NCBI GenBank assembly: GCA_937896365.1
Contig: CALBMH010000060.1
Coordinates: 1,200-65,199 of the forward strand
Source of the DNA: an uncultured Alphaproteobacteria bacterium
GTDB taxonomy: Bacteria > Pseudomonadota > Alphaproteobacteria > Paracaedibacterales > JAKBAR01
DNA: 64,000 bases
Direction of reading: 5' to 3'
The notes under the pieces are model-generated. The model had not been told where the DNA came from and ran no database searches. It worked only from the letters and a program-made list of their open reading frames with translations. Each line of letters begins with the position of its first letter. The first letter of the stretch is position 1. Both the position numbers and the translations under genes were made by a program. Below are positions 29,538 through 38,308 of the stretch, one piece after another.

Positions 29538-30356
29538 ATGATCGAATGTTTGAAGAAATGGCAAGTTGATCCGAAAAAACGCTTTTTTTTGGCAAGATTA
29601 GGGTTTTATGTTTACAAAATAGGCAATAAGCTCCATCAATTCTCGGGACATATTTTACGTTTTTTAAATGAATCCACTACCGATGATCAAACAGATTGGT
29701 TTCAAAGGGAACGCCAGTCCTTACACCGTCATATCCAAAAAATTTTATATCGTCAAAAGAAGGAATACGAAAATTATGCATATTTTCATGGATATCCCTA
29801 TCAAGGGCTAGCCATTGCGGGGGTTTATGGGGAAAGATCTACCGAGGAAAGGTTTGAAACCTATCAGCTCAAAAAATTTTTTGGGGCACAGGATACAATC
29901 CTTGATATTGGATGTAATTGTGGATTTGTTGGGATTTACACAGCCTTTCGCTTGAGTTGCCATGTGACAGGTCTTGATATAAATCCTTATATGATTGAGA
30001 TTGGTCAACAAACAGCGCGGTACCTTAGGATTTTGGATAATGTTCACTTGATGGCGCAGAGCTTTCATGATTTTAAGACCGAAACACACTATTCCGGTGT
30101 TTTTTCCTTTGCCACCCATTGGACCGATGATGAAAAATACCGTGTTCCTTTGGAAGAACATCTCAAAAGAATTCATTCACTTTTGAAAAAAGAGGGTATT
30201 CTTATTTTTGAATCCCATTGCAATGATGTGGGCCAAGAAAGTTTTTATCAAAGTTTGGAAAAGGCAAAGGAATTTTTTGATGTTCAATTTTTAACTCATT
30301 CCGATAATAAATCCCGTGAGGTTTATGTCATGCGCAGAAAAGAAATGACCGTTTAA
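29538..30356 (+). CDS. Class I SAM-dependent methyltransferase
   Basis: 272 aa. Motif I ILDIGCNCGFVG, acidic post-I residue in VTGLDIN, later LLKKEGILIFE. Confidence 0.75.
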   Translation: MIECLKKWQVDPKKRFFLARLGFYVYKIGNKLHQFSGHILRFLNESTTDDQTDWFQRERQSLHRHIQKILYRQKKEYENYAYFHGYPYQGLAIAGVYGERSTEERFETYQLKKFFGAQDTILDIGCNCGFVGIYTAFRLSCHVTGLDINPYMIEIGQQTARYLRILDNVHLMAQSFHDFKTETHYSGVFSFATHWTDDEKYRVPLEEHLKRIHSLLKKEGILIFESHCNDVGQESFYQSLEKAKEFFDVQFLTHSDNKSREVYVMRRKEMTV

Positions 30357-30383
30357 CTAACCTCCTTGACGACTCTATTGCGT

Positions 30384-31394
30384 ATGAAAAAAATTTACTT
30401 TTATGCTGGCCATCACGTGGATTTCAAGTGGGTATTTTCCACTCTCAAAGCCTGTCGAGATTTAGGGTTAAATGTTTGCTATGGCTGTGTCTATGGCATA
30501 GAGGATGTCCAACAATCGCCTTATTTTTTAAAAAATATCCCGTTTTTTTATGGGAAAGAGGCCTTAAGAGTAAAAGCCGATATTGTTATTTCAGCGTCTT
30601 CTGGGCTTTCAAAAGCATCTTTTCGGTATGGTGATTTTTTTTCCATTCATATGCCCCATTCTCTGATCAGCCTTCATATGGCTTATCCCGAAGATGCTTT
30701 TGATGATGTAGATCTTTTGTTTGCAGCGGGCCCCCATCATGGAAATGAATGGGATATGATCAATGAAAAACGTTTTTTGAAGAAAAAGCCATGGTTTGCT
30801 GTTGGGTATGGTTTTTTTGATCTCCTTCAACATGCTCTTTGCGTGCGGGCCCCCAAACGCATATTGATAGCACCTTCTTGGGGAGAGGATAATCTTTTAG
30901 AATCTTCAGCTCTTTCTCTTGCTCAGCAGCTTTTATCAGAAGGATATGACGTCATTCTGCGCCCTCATCCGTTGTTTTTTGTCGATAAAAAAGATGTCTT
31001 AGAACATCTGCAAAAAATCTGCCCAACTTTAACAATTGAATCGTCTTTGGATCAAAAAAATGATGGTTTTTATACTTCTTCTTTTTTAATCACTGATTAT
31101 TCAGGGATTGCCTTTGAATATGCTTTTTTCCATCATCGGAAAGTGATTTTTGTCGATACACCTATGAAAAAAGCCCACGATAATTGGAAAAGAGACCCCA
31201 TTTTACCTATTGAGCTGTCTTTTCGCAATCTTCTGGGTCAATCGTGTCCGAATAATTCTCATGACATCATGCAAACACTAAAACATATTGAAAAGATGCC
31301 TTTTCTTACACAAGATATGACCAAAAATTTTGTCTATCATCCTTTCTTATGTAAAATGTACGCATCGTCTATTCTAAACTCTTTGGTCCTGTGA
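30384..31394 (+). CDS. CDP-alcohol phosphotransferase-like protein (TagB/TagF family-like)
   Basis: RILIAPSWGEDNLL and FLITDYSGIAFEYAFFHHRKVIFVD resemble the Glyphos_transf signature. ATG at 30384 is preferred to TTG at 30366. Confidence 0.55.
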   Translation: MKKIYFYAGHHVDFKWVFSTLKACRDLGLNVCYGCVYGIEDVQQSPYFLKNIPFFYGKEALRVKADIVISASSGLSKASFRYGDFFSIHMPHSLISLHMAYPEDAFDDVDLLFAAGPHHGNEWDMINEKRFLKKKPWFAVGYGFFDLLQHALCVRAPKRILIAPSWGEDNLLESSALSLAQQLLSEGYDVILRPHPLFFVDKKDVLEHLQKICPTLTIESSLDQKNDGFYTSSFLITDYSGIAFEYAFFHHRKVIFVDTPMKKAHDNWKRDPILPIELSFRNLLGQSCPNNSHDIMQTLKHIEKMPFLTQDMTKNFVYHPFLCKMYASSILNSLVL

Positions 31395-32173
31395 AAGTGT
31401 CTTTTGAAAATACCCAAGTGATTATTCTAACGGCTGGAAAAGGAGAACGTCTTCGTCCTTTGACCAATCATATCCCAAAATCTCTTTTGCGGTTATTTGG
31501 GAAAACCCTTTTAGATCATAATATACAAGCTCTCTTCTCCCTTGGGTTAACACATGTCACACTTGTTACAGGGCATGGACATGCACATGTTCCACCTCAT
31601 TTCCATCGTGTGTATAACGCATCTTTTGAGACAACAAATATGGCATATTCCTTACTGGAAACGGGATGTGTAGATCCGGACAAGAATGTTCTTGTCCTTT
31701 ATGGTGATTGCGTCTATGAAGTGCGTATTCTCTATTCTCTTTTAAAAAGCGCCCATGATATTATGCTTTCTATTGATCAAAATTGGTTGAGTCTTTGGCA
31801 TCTTCGATTTGAAGACCCTTTGAGTGACTGTGAAACTCTACGCTTAGAAGGGGATTACATTGTGGACATTGGAAAAAAACCAAACCATCTTTTAGAGATG
31901 GATGGGCAGTACACCGGCCTTTTTTTTATTGCCAAAGATTGTATAGAAAACTTTCAAAGAGTCTATCACGATCTAAAACAAAGGACGGAGGATCCTAAAA
32001 AACTTTTTTTAACGGATGTATTCCAGCATTGGATTGACCAAAAAAACCCTCTTTATGCTCATCGCATTCAAGGAGGATGGCTGGAGTGTGATCAACATTC
32101 TGATATCACTTTATACGAGACTCTTTTTCAACAAAATAAATTGAAGTGTTTTTATCATGTCGACCCATCATAA
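31391..32173 (+). CDS. LicC-type nucleotidyl(cytidylyl)transferase
   Basis: 260 aa. VIILTAGKGERLRPLTNHIPKSLL, VLYGDCVY. The GTG start overlaps the upstream stop (GTGA at 31391-31394). Confidence 0.75.
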   Translation: MKVSFENTQVIILTAGKGERLRPLTNHIPKSLLRLFGKTLLDHNIQALFSLGLTHVTLVTGHGHAHVPPHFHRVYNASFETTNMAYSLLETGCVDPDKNVLVLYGDCVYEVRILYSLLKSAHDIMLSIDQNWLSLWHLRFEDPLSDCETLRLEGDYIVDIGKKPNHLLEMDGQYTGLFFIAKDCIENFQRVYHDLKQRTEDPKKLFLTDVFQHWIDQKNPLYAHRIQGGWLECDQHSDITLYETLFQQNKLKCFYHVDPS

Positions 32174-32582
32174 GTACGCACAACTTATCGATTTTCTTAT
32201 AAAAGAACGCTCAAAAATTATCCAACCAGAGTCGTGTCAAACAGGTCACTTGTGTTCTCACTTGGTTTCTTTCCCTCTTGAGGGTGTGCCGTTGATGGAA
32301 GAGCAGGAATTTTTTCTTGAAAAATTATGTTATCAAATGGATGTGAGAAAAAAATTATATAGTATTTATGATAATGATTTTCAAAAGCCTATGACTCAGG
32401 ATATGTTGTCTAGCAATCAACAGTATTATACTATTGGACTTTTAATTTTATGGGGCTTTTTTAGAAAAGATTTTAAATATCTCAATTCCGCTATGAAATA
32501 TATGGATGTTGTAGGGATACATTCATCGTTTCCAAAAATTTTTGACGTATGCCTTAAGGATTTTTTTAATGAGAACGCTTGA
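32157..32582 (+). CDS. Hypothetical protein (no recognisable motif)
   Basis: 141-aa ORF in operon register (17-nt overlap upstream, 14-nt overlap downstream). Confidence 0.45.
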   Translation: MSTHHKYAQLIDFLIKERSKIIQPESCQTGHLCSHLVSFPLEGVPLMEEQEFFLEKLCYQMDVRKKLYSIYDNDFQKPMTQDMLSSNQQYYTIGLLILWGFFRKDFKYLNSAMKYMDVVGIHSSFPKIFDVCLKDFFNENA

Positions 32583-33435
32583 TCTTGTTGTTCTTGCAGA
32601 CAGGCACTGCTCAACAAGCAAGACCTATGTGCATTACCTTTACCAACAAGGTTTTAGAGTCAGAAAAATTCTCTTGATGGATTTTGGACGCACAACACTT
32701 TTTTATGATGGATTTAAAAATTGTTTACCCTTTTCGTGGATGGAAAGTATTTCTTCTTTTTTTGCTCAAAAATCTCCACCATTTTCAAAAAGATTCCAAG
32801 AACTCTGTGATTTTTTCCAACAATTTGTTCCCCATCCCATCGATTACTCCAAAGATTTTCCTTTTGAACGCTATACCCAAAAGGTTTCTCATGTATGCGG
32901 AAAAGATATTAATGATCCTTTCATCCAGCGAGTATTGAATAACCAAAAAATTCAAACATTTTTATATACAAATGGTGGTATCGTTTCAAAAGATATTTTA
33001 GAGGTGGAAGGTCGACGTATCTTTCACGTCCATCCAGGTGTAGTGCCTTATGTGAAAGGGTCGGATGGTTTGCTATGGTCCTTTTTAATCCGGGGAAAGT
33101 TAGGGGCTAGTTGCTTTTATATGAATAGTGGTATTGATACGGGAGATATTATTCAAACAAAGGAATGGGATCTTTCTATCTTTCAGGGTTATCAAGGGCA
33201 ACCCTTTCCTCAAGAGACAATCTATCGTGCGCTTTTATACAGCTTTGATCCCCACCTAAGAGCCCAATTGTTTGCTGATGTGATGGAGAAACTTTATCCC
33301 AATCTTCAAAGTGCAATGACGAAAAAGCAACGACCCACGGAGGGTCGAACATACTATGTAATGCATCCCACCATTGTAAGCTATGCATTTAAAAAAATGG
33401 GCCTTTCCTCTATGATACATTCATCAAAAAAGTAG
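32569..33435 (+). CDS. Formyltransferase-fold protein (weak)
   Basis: IFHVHPGVVPYVKGSDGLLWSFLIRGKLGASCFYMNSGIDTGDIIQ resembles the HPSLLPxxRG..G.T.H.....DTG.I core of formyltransferases. The start is uncertain (32542 or 32569). Confidence 0.45.
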   Translation: MRTLDLVVLADRHCSTSKTYVHYLYQQGFRVRKILLMDFGRTTLFYDGFKNCLPFSWMESISSFFAQKSPPFSKRFQELCDFFQQFVPHPIDYSKDFPFERYTQKVSHVCGKDINDPFIQRVLNNQKIQTFLYTNGGIVSKDILEVEGRRIFHVHPGVVPYVKGSDGLLWSFLIRGKLGASCFYMNSGIDTGDIIQTKEWDLSIFQGYQGQPFPQETIYRALLYSFDPHLRAQLFADVMEKLYPNLQSAMTKKQRPTEGRTYYVMHPTIVSYAFKKMGLSSMIHSSKK

Positions 33436-33450
33436 TATTCTATAATCAAC

Positions 33451-36408
33451 GTGCAACTGATTATTTTAGCCGCAGGCAAACCTTACGTTGGGCAAGATCC
33501 TTCTCATTTATTGTCCTTAGCTTCTTCACAGGGAAGCCATCAACCGATTCATGTGCTGGATTGGATTGAAGAATGTTTTCGGGATGAAAAACCCGTGACT
33601 CATTGCGTGATTGGCTATCATGCATCCTCATCCTTAATCGAAGGAAATCATATCCGCTATCACATCAACCCGTTTTGGGAAAAAACGGGTGCATGTGGCT
33701 CTCTGATGCATGCGCCTTTGGATGATGATCTTTTTATTCATTATGGTGATATTCTCATCCATAAAGAAAAAATTAACGAATATCTCAAGAAACGGGATCC
33801 TCATCATATCCTTGTTGGCATTGATGAGAGTATGTCGACAAGAGAGTGTGTGCAAATGGGCAATCAATCGTTTTCTTTTATGGGATGTGCTTTTATTCCA
33901 AAAAAATATATTCATATTCTCCAACAAACCATCCACGAAGAACCATGCTTGGAACAAAAGCACATAGGCTCTCTCTTAGAAGCATTGATTAAACAAGATA
34001 TCCCCTTTCAAACCATTTCCATGGCGCATGAATGGTGTGATTTGGATGATCCTAGCCGGCTTCCTTATTTTTTTCTCGGTACAAAAGCGCAAACCCTTCA
34101 ACGTCTTTCGCCTTTCCTCAAGCATGGAAAAATTTTGCCCTTAGAAGTTATCCAACAGCACTCTTGGAGGAACAATTATGAGGAAAATCTTAAAAAAATT
34201 GATCAATCCTTAGGAAAAGGTCCGTGGATTGTCCGAAGTAGCGCACGAGAAGAAGATAGTTTTCATCAGAGTTTTGCGGGTGCATTTGATAGTTTTTTAA
34301 ATGTTCAAAAAGAAAATGCGGCAGATGCCATTTCAAAAGCGTTTGATGCCTACCCGTCTTATGATGATCACAACGAAGTCCTTATTCAACCTATGATTCA
34401 TAAGCCTATCGACATCTCAGGAGTTGTGTTTACACAGTCTATGGAGGGTGCTCCTTATTATATTGTGAACTATACCCATGAAGGCGATGATACAACAGGT
34501 ATTACCGGCGGCCATGCGAATGGACGTGTGTCGGTTGTATTGAAACATCATGTGCAAAAAGAATCTTTGGATCCCTGGATCATCAATCTCTTAGAAGCAG
34601 TTCAAGAAATCGAATATTTGATTGGGTATCATGCCCTTGATATTGAATTTTGTATCCGGCATCAAAATGTTTATATTTTACAAGTACGCCCCCTTGTGAA
34701 TAAAAAGGATGTTATCCGTGACACTCCATCTTTTCAAACATTTGAACGTCTTTTAGCTAAGGAAGCATCTTTTATAGAAAAACTTTCTAACGCTTCTAAA
34801 GATTCTCTTTTTTTTAGCATCATGTCGGATTGGAATCCTGCAGAAATGATTGGTTTTACGCCTAAACCCCTGGCTCATAGTCTTTATCAAACTCTGATTA
34901 CGGATCATATATGGGCGCAGCAGCGTTTTGAATTTGGATATCAAGATCTGCGTCATCATCCTTTAATGATGCAATTTTGTGGACATCCCTATATTGATGT
35001 GACCAAAAGTGTTCAATCCTTTTTACCAAGGGCCTTGCCCACAAGCATCATCCATAAGATTACAAATTTTTGCATCCGATATTTACAAAAGAATCCCCAC
35101 CTTCATGACAAAATAGAATTTGATATTTTGCCCACTTGTTATGGGTTTTCCTTTGAAAAATGGCACGAGCGATTTTCGTCTCTTTTGTCCCAAGAAGAAC
35201 GAAATCTTTGGAAAAAGGAGCTTATTTTGTTAACACAAAAGGCTTTTGAAAAGATTTCATCCTTTTTTGACAAATTATATCTTCTGGAAGAAAAAGCAGC
35301 ACTCCTATCCAAAGAAGATCACACTCATCATCCATGGTTTGTGATTACATCATTCATCCATCTGATTCAACAGTATGGTACTCTTCCTTTTGCTCATTTA
35401 GCACGTTGTGGTTTTATTGCTGCAACCATGATCAAAGATTTAGAAGGTTTACAGATTCTCCCAAAAGAACGTATCCACGCATTTTTAATGAGCATTGAGA
35501 CTGTGAGTTCGCAATTACAAAAAGATGCGTTTGAAACAAAAATGAAAAAAATGTCTAAACAAGATTTTTTTCATCAATATGGTCATCTTCGCCCAGGCAC
35601 ATATGATATTGATACGCCGACCTATGCTTCTCAAAAGGATATCTTTTTAGAGCCTTTAATTGAAAAGGCACAACCTTTTTTTCCAAGTGATTTTTCCTGG
35701 GAACCTCATGAAAAAGGAAGAATAGAAAACTATCTCAAAAACGATTTAAAGATATCTTTTGATGCCTTTGATACTTTTATCCGACAAGCCATTTATGGGC
35801 GTGAATATGGGAAATTTATCTTTACACGCTATCTTTCGAAATTACTTTCCTTCATCAGAGAAATTTTTTTGAAAGAAGGCGTCGAGGAGCATCTTTTACC
35901 CTTTTTGATCCTTCAAGACATCCAACAATTCTACGTGGGATCCGCTGATTTCTTTCGCGATATTTGTCGTTTAAGAGAATCATTGACCAAGCGCAAAGAA
36001 CAATATGATATCTGTATGTCTATTTTGCTCCCTCCAACTCTATCAAGAGAAGAAGACTTTTTTTCCTTCTCCTATCCAAAAGCCCAGCCTAACTTTATCA
36101 CACAAAAATCCATTACAGCCCCTTGTTATGTGCTTCCAGATCGTGTCGATGATCGTATGCTTTACTCGTTATCTGGAAAAATTATTCTTATTGAAAAAGC
36201 CGATCCTGGATTTGATTGGTTATTTAGTTACCCCATTGCGGGGCTAATTACGCTTTATGGTGGGGCCAATTCTCACATGGCCATTCGTTGTCATGAATTT
36301 GGTTTACCAGCTGCTATTGGTGTTGGAGATATTCTCTACCAATCCCTTGTCAAAGGTCATATGCTGCGTTTGGATTGCCTACAAAGAATAATGACAGTGG
36401 TGCAATGA
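33451..36408 (+). CDS. Fusion protein: nucleotidyltransferase-like N-domain plus PpsA/PPDK-family ATP-grasp and phospho-His swivel domains (candidate amide/glutamine kinase)
   Basis: 985 aa with a GTG start. N-terminus QLIILAAGKPYVG; WIVRSSAREEDSFHQSFAGAFDS (PEP/pyruvate-binding domain type); C-terminus GGANSHMAIRCHEFGLPAAIGV (mobile His domain). There is no TIM-barrel PEP-utiliser C-domain. Confidence 0.7.
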   Translation: MQLIILAAGKPYVGQDPSHLLSLASSQGSHQPIHVLDWIEECFRDEKPVTHCVIGYHASSSLIEGNHIRYHINPFWEKTGACGSLMHAPLDDDLFIHYGDILIHKEKINEYLKKRDPHHILVGIDESMSTRECVQMGNQSFSFMGCAFIPKKYIHILQQTIHEEPCLEQKHIGSLLEALIKQDIPFQTISMAHEWCDLDDPSRLPYFFLGTKAQTLQRLSPFLKHGKILPLEVIQQHSWRNNYEENLKKIDQSLGKGPWIVRSSAREEDSFHQSFAGAFDSFLNVQKENAADAISKAFDAYPSYDDHNEVLIQPMIHKPIDISGVVFTQSMEGAPYYIVNYTHEGDDTTGITGGHANGRVSVVLKHHVQKESLDPWIINLLEAVQEIEYLIGYHALDIEFCIRHQNVYILQVRPLVNKKDVIRDTPSFQTFERLLAKEASFIEKLSNASKDSLFFSIMSDWNPAEMIGFTPKPLAHSLYQTLITDHIWAQQRFEFGYQDLRHHPLMMQFCGHPYIDVTKSVQSFLPRALPTSIIHKITNFCIRYLQKNPHLHDKIEFDILPTCYGFSFEKWHERFSSLLSQEERNLWKKELILLTQKAFEKISSFFDKLYLLEEKAALLSKEDHTHHPWFVITSFIHLIQQYGTLPFAHLARCGFIAATMIKDLEGLQILPKERIHAFLMSIETVSSQLQKDAFETKMKKMSKQDFFHQYGHLRPGTYDIDTPTYASQKDIFLEPLIEKAQPFFPSDFSWEPHEKGRIENYLKNDLKISFDAFDTFIRQAIYGREYGKFIFTRYLSKLLSFIREIFLKEGVEEHLLPFLILQDIQQFYVGSADFFRDICRLRESLTKRKEQYDICMSILLPPTLSREEDFFSFSYPKAQPNFITQKSITAPCYVLPDRVDDRMLYSLSGKIILIEKADPGFDWLFSYPIAGLITLYGGANSHMAIRCHEFGLPAAIGVGDILYQSLVKGHMLRLDCLQRIMTVVQ

Positions 36409-37055
36409 TGCTTAAGATCGGACTCTCCCAACGTCTTGATTTTTATGGGCCTTATCGTGAAATACATGAATCTCTCGATCAACGATGGAGTCAGCTTTTA
36501 TGCAAGGAAAGGTATATACCCATTCCCTTGAGCAGCATTGTGCTGCTCAAGGATTTAACAGGCGCAATCAATTTTGATGGGTTTCTCTTAACAGGAGGTC
36601 CCAGTTATGGAAGTCCCCATACAGAAACCCGTGATCGATTCGAGTACGATATTCTATCCCAAGCAGCTGAAAGAAATATTCCTGTTTTAGGCGTGTGTCG
36701 TGGATTTCAAATGATGAATCGTTTTCTGGGAGGAACTCTCCAAGAACGCCCTGAGCATGTGGGAAAAACTCACGAAATATCTGTGTTTGGTGATTTTTGT
36801 ATGACGGTCAATAGTTTTCATACACGATGTGTGGATTGCTTAGGAAAGGGTTTTGAAAGTTTTGCCATATGCAACCTTGATCAGTCGATTGAGGGCGCTT
36901 TTCATCAAACATTACCATGGATAGGTATTATGTGGCACATGGAACGCGACGATCCCTTTCAGGATTTCTCATCCATGCTCCTTTACCAATTATTTCATCA
37001 ACGTTCGACAAAAGGGTTGAGAGATGCCTGCCATCGTTTTTCAAAATGTCAGTAA
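36405..37055 (+). CDS. Peptidase C26 / class I glutamine amidotransferase-like hydrolase (PuuD-like)
   Basis: IPVLGVCRGFQMMNRFLGGTL (nucleophile Cys) and IGIMWHMER (His-Glu region). The ATG at 36405 overlaps the upstream TGA (caATGAtg). Confidence 0.78.
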   Translation: MMLKIGLSQRLDFYGPYREIHESLDQRWSQLLCKERYIPIPLSSIVLLKDLTGAINFDGFLLTGGPSYGSPHTETRDRFEYDILSQAAERNIPVLGVCRGFQMMNRFLGGTLQERPEHVGKTHEISVFGDFCMTVNSFHTRCVDCLGKGFESFAICNLDQSIEGAFHQTLPWIGIMWHMERDDPFQDFSSMLLYQLFHQRSTKGLRDACHRFSKCQ

Positions 37056-38298
37056 AGTCTATCAAAAATATGCTTCTTATACCCATTCTTTCTTGGACCA
37101 AGTCGGTCTTGGATGGTGTATTAAGCACAAACCAGAATCCCTTAAAGCCTTGGATAATATCTCTTTTACGCTCAGAAAAGGTTCAAAAGTAGGTCTTTTG
37201 GGGCGTAATGGTGCCGGAAAAACAACTCTTTTAAAACTCATGACACAAAATTTTAAACCCACAAGTGGTTCCGTGATCTGCCATGGATCGGTCCAAGCAC
37301 TCATGCAAATGGGCCTTGGGTTTCACGAGGAATTGTCCGGTTGGAATAATATACGATCATCCCTTGTGTTTAATAATATCCCAAGGTGCCGATGGACAAA
37401 AACTATTGATGACATTTTGGATTTTGTCGAGCTGGATGATTTTATTCATGCCCCTTTTAAAACATACTCTCTTGGCATGAAAGCGCGTTTAGAGTTTGCT
37501 GTGGCCACATCGATTACACCGGATATTCTGATTGTGGATGAAGTCTTAGGGGCCGGTGATGGGTATTTCAGCCGAAAATCAGCGACACGCATGCACAAGC
37601 TAACTCAAAAAGGTTGTACTCTTTTGATGGTCTCCCATAGTGTTTCACAGTTAAATGAATTTTGCGATGAAGGGATATGGCTTGAAAAAGGAAAAATAGT
37701 ACATCAAGGCCCCTTAGAAAAACTTACTAAAGCTTACTTGACATCGATTGATACGCTGTCAGATTCCAATACAACATCATTATCTTTAACACGTGATTCA
37801 CCTTTTTTGATAGCACATGACATTCTCAAGGGACCTCTTACCCTCAAAGAGGATGCACTGTCGCAAGAAGAAACTATAGGATATATTTTCTTAAAAGGCT
37901 TTAATGACGGACGCTCTCCTTTTCAACCGGGAGATCGTCTTGTGATTACGTACATACCTTCATCCTTATCAACAGATACAAAGCATTTTCTAGAAAATCT
38001 TCCACAAGCACGCCAACGCTTTTTCATTTCTTTTTGGAAGGATGATCATCTCCCCCTTTTTAAAATCGCTGTTCCATCTTTTGCACAATCTTATGAGCAC
38101 ATGATGGACCCTTTCCTTTTAGGTGGGGGAGATTATTATGTGTATTGTGAAAAATACTTTTCAAAAGAAGATAAAGAAAAAATAGGATCCTTTTATCTTT
38201 ATCACGCCAATGATACCTCGCCCCCCTTGTTTTATCATCCTGTTACACTTAAAATTAATGATTGCTTTGTAAAGCAAAATTTTAATCCCCAACAATAA
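37024..38298 (+). CDS. Polysaccharide export ABC ATPase, Wzt paralogue 2, with a different C-terminal domain
   Basis: Walker A LLGRNGAGKTTLLK, YSLGMKARL, ILIVDEVLGAGD. The nucleotide-binding domain is clearly paralogous to 28319..29524; the C-terminal 170 aa or so is unrelated by eye. No second permease gene is present. Confidence 0.85.
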   Translation: MPAIVFQNVSKVYQKYASYTHSFLDQVGLGWCIKHKPESLKALDNISFTLRKGSKVGLLGRNGAGKTTLLKLMTQNFKPTSGSVICHGSVQALMQMGLGFHEELSGWNNIRSSLVFNNIPRCRWTKTIDDILDFVELDDFIHAPFKTYSLGMKARLEFAVATSITPDILIVDEVLGAGDGYFSRKSATRMHKLTQKGCTLLMVSHSVSQLNEFCDEGIWLEKGKIVHQGPLEKLTKAYLTSIDTLSDSNTTSLSLTRDSPFLIAHDILKGPLTLKEDALSQEETIGYIFLKGFNDGRSPFQPGDRLVITYIPSSLSTDTKHFLENLPQARQRFFISFWKDDHLPLFKIAVPSFAQSYEHMMDPFLLGGGDYYVYCEKYFSKEDKEKIGSFYLYHANDTSPPLFYHPVTLKINDCFVKQNFNPQQ

Positions 38299-38308
38299 GG
38301 ATCACCTT

